This document shows positions 31,502 through 41,948 of a stretch of 64,000 bases of DNA, piece after piece. The stretch comes from Methanotrichaceae archaeon (GTDB lineage: Archaea > Halobacteriota > Methanosarcinia > Methanotrichales > Methanotrichaceae). Each line of letters starts with the position of its first letter. Within the stretch, counting starts at the first letter, position 1. The notes beneath the pieces are model-generated. The model saw only the letters and a list, made by a program, of their open reading frames with translations, was not told the DNA's origin and did no database searches. Location of the stretch: assembly GCA_963813075.1 (NCBI GenBank), contig CAWEXU010000031.1, positions 192,001-256,000 of the forward strand, read 5' to 3'. A program made the translations under genes and the position numbers.

Positions 31502-31983
31502 AGATGCAGGATAGGATTGAAGAGATAAGGGAGTTCTTCTCCCAGTATGAAGCCAACTTCAATGATGCTCTGAGGGGGGATCAGGAGGGAGAGGACAAAG
31601 TTGTCGATCCGGGACAGCTGGCGAAGAGAACCGCGAAATTTTTCAGCGACTGCTTCATCGGCGCCAATCCCAGAGGGGTGGCCTGCGCAAAGAATGACGA
31701 CGAGTTCATCTCGCAGATTCAGCGAGGATATGATTTTTACCGGAGCCTTGGCACTCTGAGCATGAAAATCTCCGGCCTGAAGATAGTTTTGCTGGATGAT
31801 TATCATGCCCAGGCAATTGTTGCCTGGCGTTCGACCTACTCAAAAAAGGACGAAGAGGGAAATGGTGTGGTGATCGATTTTGAGGTGATATATCTGCTCC
31901 AGACCATCGCCAATGGGCCGAAGATCTTTGCCTATATAACAGGAGATGAACAAAGTGCTCTGCGACAGAGAGGTCTGCTGTAA
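31498..31983 (+). CDS. hypothetical protein, probable NTF2-like fold
   Basis: FFSQYEANFN, FIGANPRGV, IFAYITGDEQ. Confidence 0.65.
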   Translation: MKMQDRIEEIREFFSQYEANFNDALRGDQEGEDKVVDPGQLAKRTAKFFSDCFIGANPRGVACAKNDDEFISQIQRGYDFYRSLGTLSMKISGLKIVLLDDYHAQAIVAWRSTYSKKDEEGNGVVIDFEVIYLLQTIANGPKIFAYITGDEQSALRQRGLL

Positions 31984-32065
31984 ACAGCGATCTGGTCAAA
32001 TGCCCGTGAATATGTCAAGCGCAGAGATATAATTATATATTTTAAAATATGATAGGGGAACTGAT

Positions 32066-32623
32066 ATGGAGATCGTTGTAGGAATCAGCGGGGCATCGGG
32101 AGTGCAGTATGGAATCCGCCTTCTGGAAGCCTTAAAGGAGAAAGGGTGCGTCACCCATTTGATAATCACCGATTCGGCCCGAAAGATCATAGAGATAGAG
32201 ACCAACAAGCGGCCTGAAGAGGTAGAGAGGCTGGCGGACCATGTTTATGCCCCCAAAGACTTCTCCGCCCCGGTGGCCAGCGGATCGCATCTGTTCGACG
32301 CCCTGGTGGTCATCCCCTGCAGCATGGGGACCCTCTCCGGTATTGCCTGCGGCTCCTCGGATACTCTCATCACCCGCTGCGCTGACGTATGCCTGAAGGA
32401 GAAAAGGAGGCTAATTCTGGTCCCCAGGGAGACTCCCCTGAGCCTGATTCAGCTCCGCAATATGGTCAATGCCGGCGAGGCGGGAGCGGTGATATTGCCT
32501 GCCTGCCCTGCCTTCTACTCCAGGCCCCGGAATCTGGCGGATCTGGTGGATGTGCTGGTGGGAAGGGTGCTGGATCTGCTGGGCTTGGAGAATGATCTTT
32601 ATAATAGATGGGAAGGGATATGA
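32066..32623 (+). CDS. ubiX: flavin prenyltransferase
   Basis: VGISGASG, ASGS, PCSMGTL, VPRETP, PAFY. Confidence 0.95.
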   Translation: MEIVVGISGASGVQYGIRLLEALKEKGCVTHLIITDSARKIIEIETNKRPEEVERLADHVYAPKDFSAPVASGSHLFDALVVIPCSMGTLSGIACGSSDTLITRCADVCLKEKRRLILVPRETPLSLIQLRNMVNAGEAGAVILPACPAFYSRPRNLADLVDVLVGRVLDLLGLENDLYNRWEGI

Positions 32624-32673
32624 AGGAAATGCTTATAACCGTGCGAATCAGTGCGAGTAAAAGGTGAAATTAG

Positions 32674-32893
32674 ATGAAGTGCGCCCTCTGTCTTGTTGAC
32701 AAGGAGACGGTTCCTGTCAAGCTCAACTTAGCCACCATTCACGGCCCCAAGGATGAGATTGTTCAATATCTGCAAAGAATGCCTGGACCTGGCCCATCAG
32801 GCCTATCTGGATAAGGACTTCCTGATCGTAAAAGGCGGGACAAATGCAGCGCCCCATGGCGCACATGCAGATGCGCACGGCGCGCATCATTAG
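32674..32893 (+). CDS. small CxxC...CxxC zinc-finger protein with His-rich tail (frameshift; absent from ORF track)
   Basis: GGTGA RBS; MKCALC...HGPK | MRLFNICKECLDL...PHGAHADAHGAHH*. Confidence 0.65.
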
Positions 32894-32902
32894 CTAATTT
32901 TT

Positions 32903-34210
32903 TTATAACCCTTTTCTCTCCTGGTCAGAGCTGATATAGCGCATGCTGAGCAGTGCCGCTGCGGCTCCCAGGCCCCCCAGGCCAAGGCCGATGGCCATAA
33001 CTCGGGTCTCCAGCTGGGCCAGCATGAGAAAATTGAATAATATCCCCAGGACCGGAAGGACGGCCAGCTTCCCTAGGGATATCGGCACCCGGAAGGGGCG
33101 AGCGATCTGGGGCTTTTTGTATCGCAGGGAGATCAGCCCGGCATTGATCACAATAAAGGTCACAAAGACGGTGAAGTTGCTGACATTGGCCACCAATGCG
33201 ATATCCCCAAGGAAGACAAAAGAGATGGCGATGATCATGGAGAGTATTGTGGCCATCCAGGGGGTATGGGTCCGGGAATGGACCGAGGCCAGGATTGAAG
33301 GAAGGGATCCGGAACTGGCCATGCCGTAGATGATCCGGGATGAGGCTAAGAGCATGAGCAGAACGGTGTTGGTGGTGGCGAAGAGAGCCATGACCGATAT
33401 GGCTGCAGAGGCATTAGGCCCCAGAGCATAACGGGCGATGTCCGAGAAGGGGGCAGAGGAGCGGCTCAGCTCCTCCCAGCCCAGGACGCTCACCGAGGAG
33501 ATGGCCACCAGTATATAGAGCACAATGCTCACGGATATTGCCAGCATCAGCCCACGAGGTATATTTATCTCCGGATCATGTGCCTCCTCGGATAGCTTCA
33601 CTATCTCCTCAAAGCCGATGAAGGCAAAGAATATCAGGGCGGAGGCCTGCAGTATGCCTGAGCTGCCCAGCGGGCTCAGCTCCAGCAGGTCCACTCTTCC
33701 CAGGTAGGGAATGCCCATCACTATCACCAATACCAGTCCCAGAGCCTCTAATGCCGTCAGGACCACGGCCAGCCGGGTGGAATGGGTGATGCCGAAGAAT
33801 AAGACTAGAGAGAGAGCTGCCAGGAGGGTTATGGCGGAAGGCAGGATGGGTGCGCCGGTTAGTGCCTGGAAGTAGCCGGCAAATCCCAGAGATACTGTGG
33901 CCGCTCCCACCACCCCGCTGAAGATGATCATCCAGCCCACGAGGAAAGCCAAAAACCGTCCAAAGGCCTGTGAGGTGTATTCGTATTCAGCGGCAGCTTT
34001 GGGAAACATGCTGGACAGCTCGGCATAAGATAAGCCGGTCAATAGAGCGATCAATGCCGATAGAGCAAAGGATATCCAGACCGCATTGCCCGCCAGGCCC
34101 GCTGCCTCGCCGATCAGAGCATAGATTCCCGCCCCCAAAATTATGCCAACCCCGGATACCGTGACCTCAAACAGGCCCAGGGTGCGCTTCAAGCCAATCT
34201 TCTTTGCCAC
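32903..34210 (-). CDS. APC-family amino acid permease
   Basis: GIILGAGIY, YAELSSMFP, FFAFIGFE. Confidence 0.93.
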   Translation of the reverse strand: MAKKIGLKRTLGLFEVTVSGVGIILGAGIYALIGEAAGLAGNAVWISFALSALIALLTGLSYAELSSMFPKAAAEYEYTSQAFGRFLAFLVGWMIIFSGVVGAATVSLGFAGYFQALTGAPILPSAITLLAALSLVLFFGITHSTRLAVVLTALEALGLVLVIVMGIPYLGRVDLLELSPLGSSGILQASALIFFAFIGFEEIVKLSEEAHDPEINIPRGLMLAISVSIVLYILVAISSVSVLGWEELSRSSAPFSDIARYALGPNASAAISVMALFATTNTVLLMLLASSRIIYGMASSGSLPSILASVHSRTHTPWMATILSMIIAISFVFLGDIALVANVSNFTVFVTFIVINAGLISLRYKKPQIARPFRVPISLGKLAVLPVLGILFNFLMLAQLETRVMAIGLGLGGLGAAAALLSMRYISSDQERKGL

Positions 34211-34293
34211 AGACTCAAGTTGTAAAATAGTCTATTTATGGCTTTTTGGCGACCGCCAAAGGCTATAAACTGGAAAAAAGAAGAATCTACAGA

Positions 34294-35326
34294 GATGAGC
34301 ATGAAACCTAGCGCCTCAACTTTGAATAAGAGAATGAAAGAGGATTTATTGAGGCGATTTGATCATGCCGACAGGCACAGCCGCGGAGCCCTGCGACTCC
34401 TGGCCGCCACATTCAAACGGATGTCTGAGACGGAAAGCTGGGATGCAGCAGCAGCTATCGCCTACTATTCTCTTTTCTCCCTCTTTCCAATCCTTATATT
34501 GCTGGTGATTTTAGGGAGCGTATTTCTGGAGACCGAAGAGAACTACAGTCAGCTTATAGATTTTATAGGTGAAATCCTCCCCCCGGCAGAGAGCCTGGCA
34601 AGAGAGAACATTCAGGTGATCCAGGAGCTGGGTGACAGGCTGAATATGCACCTGCCGCTCAATGAACTCTTGCGCGAGAACTTGAAGCAGATCATCCATC
34701 TGAGGCTGCCGGTGGGGCTGGCGGCAGCAGCAGGGCTTATATGGTCGGCGACAGGCGTCTTTGTGATTCTGTCCAAGAACATTGATCGCGCATGGAGCAA
34801 CTCAGAAGGGCGAAACCCCCTGGAATGGCGGCTGGTGGGAATTGCCATGGTCGGGAGCCTGCTGATCGGCCTGGTCATCCTTTCCATGGTGGCGGTATCC
34901 CTGTTCGGGCTGCTGGACTATGGCCTGGGGCTGTTGCTGGGCGAAGGCAGTGCTTATCATACCCCATTGGAGTCAAAGCTCCTTTACAGACTGTTTCCCG
35001 ATGTGGTGATCTTCATCACTTTTACCATTCTTTACTGGTGGTCCCCTAATGTTAAAGTCAGATGGTCTGACGCTGCTCTTGGGGCATCGGTGGCTGCTTT
35101 ATGCTGGGAGCTCTCCAAGATGGGCTTCGCCTGGTATCTGGAAAGCGGCCTATCCAATCATATGCTGGTCTACGGCTCTTTGGGCACTATAGTCATTTTG
35201 ATGCTATGGATCTATCTGAGCGGGCTGATCTGCCTCTTTGGAGCGAACCTCGTCGCCCAGATGGTGGGACGGAGGCAGACGGCCGCCCGTCGGGGGCAGA
35301 CGACAGCAGCACTGAAAGATAGCTAA
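34294..35326 (+). CDS. YihY/BrkB family membrane protein
   Basis: AAAIAYYSLFSLFP, VYGSLGTIVILMLWIY; start uncertain. Confidence 0.9.
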
Positions 35327-35420
35327 TTCTAGAGTTAAGGCTGCAAGAGCCTAAAGATGCCCGGTCAATAATGCCCGGTCAATAAATTATATATTTTAGA
35401 AAAACCATAGGATTGCTTAC

Positions 35421-36647
35421 ATGTCGGGGTCAAAGAGATTCAACTTATTGGCATCCGCTGTACTTCTCATCGTCTTTGCCGCCACAGTGTATGTCACAAA
35501 AGCATTCATTGCTCCTCTTCTTCTGAGCTTTTTCATCGCCTTTGTCCTGTTTCCCGTATACTCCCGCATTCACTGCTTCACCGGGAGGAAGAATTTATCA
35601 GCCTTCCTCTCTTTGCTCCTGGTCGTCCTGTTTTTCATGGTCTTTCTTTTAAGTGCCTTCAATGCCATTGCCACAGAGGCATCAGGCCTGTTTTCCTCTC
35701 AGGAGGATATCGTTCAGTCCCTTGACGTCTATATCACCCAGAAGACCGAGGAGTCCATTGACACATTGCATGTCGTCTTGAATAAATTCGTCTCTGAATC
35801 AACCGCAAATGAGACGATAGAACGATTGAGGGATTTGGTGAGGCCTTTCATCGAAGCCCCCAGGGACAGGATCGTCTCCAATGTCCTCCCTCAGATTGCA
35901 TCTGCAGCAACCTATGTAGCCGCCAGCTTCTTCACCGAGCTGCCTGTGCTCATGTCCCAGTTCTTTGTGGCCATAATGATCACCTATTATCTCCTTATCG
36001 GAGGGTCCAGTGCGGTAAAGGAATTCTTGCTCGTCCTTCCGGAGAGGGATATAATGAACTATTTTGTGGGCGAGCTGAATCGAATTTATAATAATCTTTT
36101 TAATGTTTACCTTCTGACCTCCCTGATAACCGGAGCGTTCGCTGCAATTGGATTTGCCCTGTTTGGGGTCTCATATCCATTCCTGTGGGGCCTGGCGACG
36201 GCCATATTTGCCCTCCTGCCCATGATCGGACCGCCGATCGTCTTTGTGCCCATATGCATCTATTTCCTCATGATCGGGAACTACTTAGCGGGCATTGGCC
36301 TGTTCATCTATAGCCTGATCTTCATCAACACCATTCCGGAAAACGTAATCCGTCCGAAGCTGGCCAGCCAGGGGGCAAAGATCCATCCCTCCATCACCCT
36401 CCTCGCTTTCGCCGCGCCCATCTTCGTGGTGGGATTTCTTGGATTCATAATAGGGCCGCTTCTTTACGGATTTCTTCTGGCGGCATTCAGGACCAGAGTC
36501 TATATGCTAAAGGAGGAGGGGGCAATAGACGAAAAGGAGCTTGCAGAGCTCTCAGAGGGAGCAAATCTGCCCCCTGGACCCAGATTTTGCGATCTGGGCT
36601 CGAAGGCCAGATCGGCTATGCTGTGGCTGAAGCGCCACCATCCTTGA
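35421..36647 (+). CDS. AI-2E family transporter
   Basis: LPMIGP, ENVIRPKL, IHP, GFIIGPL. Confidence 0.88.
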   Translation: MSGSKRFNLLASAVLLIVFAATVYVTKAFIAPLLLSFFIAFVLFPVYSRIHCFTGRKNLSAFLSLLLVVLFFMVFLLSAFNAIATEASGLFSSQEDIVQSLDVYITQKTEESIDTLHVVLNKFVSESTANETIERLRDLVRPFIEAPRDRIVSNVLPQIASAATYVAASFFTELPVLMSQFFVAIMITYYLLIGGSSAVKEFLLVLPERDIMNYFVGELNRIYNNLFNVYLLTSLITGAFAAIGFALFGVSYPFLWGLATAIFALLPMIGPPIVFVPICIYFLMIGNYLAGIGLFIYSLIFINTIPENVIRPKLASQGAKIHPSITLLAFAAPIFVVGFLGFIIGPLLYGFLLAAFRTRVYMLKEEGAIDEKELAELSEGANLPPGPRFCDLGSKARSAMLWLKRHHP

Positions 36648-36656
36648 GGCAACTGA

Positions 36657-37726
36657 ATGGAGAATGATCGTCATATCTGCGGAGCCATAGAAATTGGCTC
36701 TTCGCCGTAACAATACTTCTTGTATTCCTCTCCTCATACTTTCTCTGGCCGCTCTTAGACGGCATTGTCCTGGGGATAGTCTTCACCTATCTGGGCCGCC
36801 CGGTGAGAGATCTGTTCGGAAAGAATAGACAGATAGGCTCTCTGGCAGCGATCGTCTGCATCATCGTCCCATTATGCATTATATTCGCTGCCGGTGTCCT
36901 GGAGGCGGCAAACCAGCTTGCATGGCTAGAGAGCCATCGGGCAGCAATCTTGGCCACCGGCCAGGAGTTCATATCCAGCATTTATATTCCTCAATTCATC
37001 TTCGATGAGCTATCCCGAGGCGTGGACAATCTGATGGGAATAGGACTCTCTATGCTCACCAGCCTGCCGGTATTCGATCTGGGATCGACGCTGACCATGG
37101 GATTTCTGAACCTATTGATCGCTTTTTGTGTATGCTACTACCTGCTGGTGGATGGCGATAAACTCCTTGGGGCAGCGACTGACTTCATGAGGCAGAAGAA
37201 GGGGGATTTTGAGATTCGTTGCCTGGGCAGAATTGATGGCATCTTAAGCGGCATCTACACGGGCAGCATCACCACCGCCATGGTCTATGGGATCGCCTCC
37301 ATTCCCATATTCTATCTCTTCGAAATTCCCAGGCCCCTGGCCATGGCCAGCATAATCCTCCTGGCAGGGGTGGTCCCATTTTTAACCTGGCTCATCTTCC
37401 TCTTGACTGCCATATCCCGATATATTGAGATGGGACCGATGGAGGCGATCGTCTTCTTCATCGCCGCCTCCATCCTGGTGTTAGCAGTGGAGCTATTTGT
37501 GCGGCCCTATATCGTCTACGCCAGGTCGTCAATCCATCCCATGCTGGTCTTGCTAGCATTTTTGGGCGGAGGGCTTGTGGGCGGAGTCTTCGGATTCTTC
37601 CTCGCACCCACCATGCTGGGAGCGATCTCGGGAATCTATCAGATGCTTAAAGCAGAGCTTTTCGGGATGAAGAAAAAGCAGCAGGTACAGAAAACGGATG
37701 CTATAGTAGCCATTCAATCTAATTAA
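36657..37726 (+). CDS. AI-2E family transporter (frameshift near N-terminus)
   Basis: YYLLVDG, FVRPYI, IHPMLVLLAFLGGGLVGG. Confidence 0.85.
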
Positions 37727-38073
37727 TAAATTTTTAAATGCTTCATGCTAATATTATTATTTTTAATAATTTTACTCTCGTTATATATACCTCTATACAT
37801 TTCTGCCTCGTTAATGGACGAATACCGAAAACTATATATTCGTTAATCGCAGTATAGTGTATTGGCAAAAGTCAAATTCTATTTTTCCCTCCTACATCAC
37901 GACTTTTGCCTCCCTCCTAATTACCCCGGTCACTATCCCGAAGATTACCACATTGGCTCCCAAAAGTCCTCCCCGGTCATCCGGCAAGCCGCAATCATCA
38001 TCCATCATTTTTTGGTCACATGAACGCCAGGACAGCAATCCGTATATACCTTGCCGTTTTCAACTTAGTCTGA

Positions 38074-39090
38074 ATGTTGAGCGACCTGCGACTCTCCATT
38101 GTGGCAGAGCTGATAAAAGATCACGTCGCCCTGGACGGGATCGATAGATATTGCCAGGAGACGGGAGTGCAATGCTTTGATTTTATCCCCATCGAGCCGG
38201 AGAACTTCCGGGGGATGATACTGGCCATAGACGGGTCGAACGTCTCCGTCTGCGGCTGGTCTGTGGCCAGCATCAATCTGATCCGTTCCGGCTATGTGGT
38301 CTATCAGGGAAGAGAGTGGAAAAGGACGGTCATCACCTTTAATGATATCTTCTTTGCCGATCCGGCAATTTCCGCCGACCAGTTCGAGCCCTACCTGAAG
38401 CGGCTGGGCCAAAAGGAGATCCGCCTCACAGAAGAAGATCTGGAAAGGCTCTCCACCTACTTCCGGGAGCTTCAGGAGTACGTATCCCTCGACGACGCCA
38501 TAGCCGAGGCGAATCCCGGCGACATAATCCTCTATGACGGCAGCTTCGACGTCTTCGAGCCCCTGCGAGCAGCTCTTTCCAGTGTCATCCAGCGCGCGGA
38601 GGAGAAAGGGGTCGCCCTCCTGGCAGTGGCCAAGTCCAGTTCACTCTATTGGGGCGAGGGCATATCGCTTCCTTTTATGCACCACACAAACCAGGCAGGA
38701 AGCATGATCCTGCCCAACTCTCCCTGGTACCTGAACCTGAAGGACAAGAAAGTGAATCAGGGACCGGGCAAATGGGGTGGAGAGAGCTACATCGTCCGGT
38801 TCACCGGTCGGAGCGATCATGCCTTCCGGGTGGATGTCCCCGCATACCTGGCCGGCAGGATTGAGCCGATACTGGCAGGGATATCATCCTGTTCGACCTC
38901 CGCAGAGTGCCCGGGCTACCCTCATGCCCTCTTCCGGGCCCACCGGGACATAAAAATCACAGAGAATGAGGGAAGATCTTTTAAGATGAAGCTGATGGAG
39001 AAGCTCTGCCTGGAGGGCATGAGCCCAAAGCAGGTGAAAATGCTCATGCAGGACTATCATGATATCCTGGAGATGCGGCAGGGAATCTAG
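38074..39090 (+). CDS. nurA: NurA nuclease
   Basis: LAIDGS, LYDGS, VAKSS, GYPHALFRAH; operon context. Confidence 0.92.
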   Translation: MLSDLRLSIVAELIKDHVALDGIDRYCQETGVQCFDFIPIEPENFRGMILAIDGSNVSVCGWSVASINLIRSGYVVYQGREWKRTVITFNDIFFADPAISADQFEPYLKRLGQKEIRLTEEDLERLSTYFRELQEYVSLDDAIAEANPGDIILYDGSFDVFEPLRAALSSVIQRAEEKGVALLAVAKSSSLYWGEGISLPFMHHTNQAGSMILPNSPWYLNLKDKKVNQGPGKWGGESYIVRFTGRSDHAFRVDVPAYLAGRIEPILAGISSCSTSAECPGYPHALFRAHRDIKITENEGRSFKMKLMEKLCLEGMSPKQVKMLMQDYHDILEMRQGI

Positions 39091-39146
39091 GGAGCGTCGT
39101 ATTGCTGGAATAGAGTAGAAAATAAAAAGTATGAAAAAGGAGAAAG

Positions 39147-40748
39147 ATGGTGACGCCGAAGCTAGATATCGATAATATCCGAGGGGAGGCAGAGAAGCGA
39201 GATTCAGATCGATTGGTTATAGAGGACGAGAGTACCACCTACCGCATTCTCTCCAAGAGCGTCAGAGAGTATCATTTCATCGTCCCCTACGACTCAAACC
39301 TGGATCGGGTGGAGGTAGGTCAGATATTCTCCATCAAAGATCACGACCTCACCTTCCTGGCACGGGTTCTGAACATCGAGCACAGCTCCAACTATGACGG
39401 CCACTGGGACACCACCATGAGGGGCACCCAGTTCTATGACGACGACCAGATATTCAACCGGGTGATCGCTGAACCCCTGGGCTGTGTATCCTCAGAGGGG
39501 GCATTCAGAAAGGCCAGAACCCTGCCCACCAAGTTCTCGCCGGTAGAAAGGGCCGAGAAAGAGGAGTTCGGCTTTCTCAAGGCGGTGATGGGAGACATAG
39601 AGGTAGGATACCTGAGAAACGGCTCGGTGCTGGTCGAAGATATACCAGTCTCTTTGCACAGCCTGGCCATGGACCATCATATGGGGGTGTTCGCCACCAC
39701 CGGCATGGGCAAATCCAATTTTATGAAGGTCTTTGCCGCCTCATGCATGCGGCTGGCTGCTCGGGGCGAGTCGAAGTTCGGCCTGTTGATCGTTGATCCT
39801 CATGGAGAGTATCTGAAGGGAAAGGACCTGAACAAGGGACTGGTCCACCTCAAAAGATACCGAGAGGGCCTGGCCTGCTACTCCACAGATCAGAAGAAAT
39901 GCCTCTGATCCGGATGTAGAGGAGCTGGCGATAGCCGAGAGCGACATCCGTCCAGAGGATATAGCACTGCTGTACGATTGGTCGCCGCCCCAGAGGGATG
40001 CCCTGGATGCCATATCCCGAATACTGGACTCGGGCAACTGGCTGGAGGAGATTCAGCGTCCAGAGGGCCTGGCCAGGATGGTGCAGGAAGGCTTCAAGGA
40101 TACCACCATCATGGTTCTCGATCCGCAGGATCAAAAATGAGCTGGAGAGAAATAAATACATCAAGAAGAGGTCGAGCCTGGACAATATCCTCGCCCGGCT
40201 GCAAAAGGGCGAAGTCGTCCTGGTGGACATACCAAGGATGAGCGATCGCTCAGAGCTCTTCTTGCTCTCGGTTCTCTCCCGACATATCCTGGAGGAGTAT
40301 AAGAAAGACCCGGCAGGGGAGAGAAAGAACTGCCTGATCACCATCGAGGAGGCGCAAAGGGTTCTTGGGCGCAGGAAGCAATATCTCCCGCTTCGAGAGC
40401 ATTGCCAGAGAGGGCAGGAAGTTCGGGGTGGGTCTATGCGCCATCACCCAGCAGCCAAAGCTGATAGACAGGCAGCTTCTCTCTCAGTTCAATACCCTGG
40501 TGGTGATGGGCCTGGGAGACAGAAACGATCGCCAGCAATTGGAGGAGTCGGCCAAGCAGGACCTATCCTCCATGGACATAGAGATCCAGACCCTGGAGAA
40601 GGGCGAGGCGGTGGTCTCCACATTGAGCATCCCCTTCCCCGTCCCCGCCAGGATCCACCGCTTTGAGGATTACCTGCGCCGCTTGAACCAGGAGGAGAAA
40701 GAGGAAGGCCTCATAAAGAGAGGAGGCTTTAAGCCCTTCCTGGAATAA
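39147..40748 (+). CDS. herA: HerA helicase (several frameshifts)
   Basis: HMGVFATTGMGKS, IVDPHGEY, IEEAQ, IAREGRKFG, ITQQP. Confidence 0.92.
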
Positions 40749-40803
40749 TGAGGAGCGGATGAGGGAGCAATTAAGATGTGTTAGATAACGAGGAGCAAGA
40801 CCG

Positions 40804-41948
40804 ATGAAGATAATCCACCTCGCCGATTCTCATCTGGGATTCTCCAGCTACAGCCGCATGGACGAGCACGGCCAGAACAGGATAGAGGAGATGGTCTACT
40901 CCGGATTTGAAAAGGCAATCGAACTGATCATCAAGGCTCATCCCGATGCCGTGGTCCATGCAGGAGATGTCTTCCATCACGTCCGGCCCAAGATCAAGCC
41001 CTTGTTCATCTTCCAGAGGGGCCTGCAGCGACTGGTGGAGGCAGCGATTCCGGTGATCATAATCAGCGGCAACCACGATGCTCCCAAGAGCTTCAACCAG
41101 ACCAGCCCCTTCCGTCTATTCGAGGGCATCAGGGATGTGCATATCGCCCAGCGCTACCGGTATGAGCGCTTCGAGGTGGGCGACCACTCTTTCCATTGCA
41201 TTCCCTTCTGCCTTGAGCCCCAGGACTATCTGACCGAATTTGGGGAAATCAGGCGCTCGGGCAGGGACGTCCTGGTAATGCACGGCATGGTCGAGTCTCT
41301 GAAAAACCAGAAGATGAGAAGCGTAGGCGAGCACGAGCTGAATGACAGCCTGCTGAAAAGCGACTTCGACTATATCGCTCTGGGCCACTACCACGGCCAG
41401 GCCCAGATTGCCGCCAACGCCTACTACAGCGGCTCGGTGGAGTATTTCAACTTCGGAGAGGCCAGGGATGTGAAGGGCATGCTCTCGGTCGACCTGGAGA
41501 CCAGGGAAAGCATCCCCAGTAACCGTAAAGCCCAATTACATGATAGACCACCCGCCGATAGACTGCAGACGGCATGCGATCCGATGAGATAGCAGAGGTC
41601 ATCATGGAGCTGTGCCATGAGGAGGAGATTCTAGACCGGATGGTTCGCATTAATCTGAAAAACGTCAACCGGGTGGCCTACCGGAGCATAGATCAGGGGA
41701 GGCTCAATCGGCTGGGAGCATCGGCCATATACTTCAAGATCCGGCCGGATTTTTCCGATGAAGAGGACCGAATCGAGCGGCCGGTGGACCGGAGGATGCT
41801 CCACTTGGAGTTTGCCGGGTTCATGGAGGAGAGGCGTTCGGCAAATCTGATACCGGAAGCGATCAAGGACGAGGTCGTAAGCTACGGGACAGAGATCATG
41901 AAAAAGGCGGTACTGGCCAGGCAAAAAGAGACTACAGATGCATCTTAA
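40804..41948 (+). CDS. mre11: Mre11 nuclease (frameshifts in 3' part)
   Basis: HLADSHLG, AGDVF, SGNHD, ALGHYH. Confidence 0.92.

Noticed and set aside
35358..35385. 14-bp tandem duplication atgcccggtcaata
   Set aside because: Two copies only; a simple local duplication with no further support
37778..37801. ModE-like box (cgttatatat-N7-tacat)
   Set aside because: AT-rich promoter context and no Mo/W gene adjacent; likely chance
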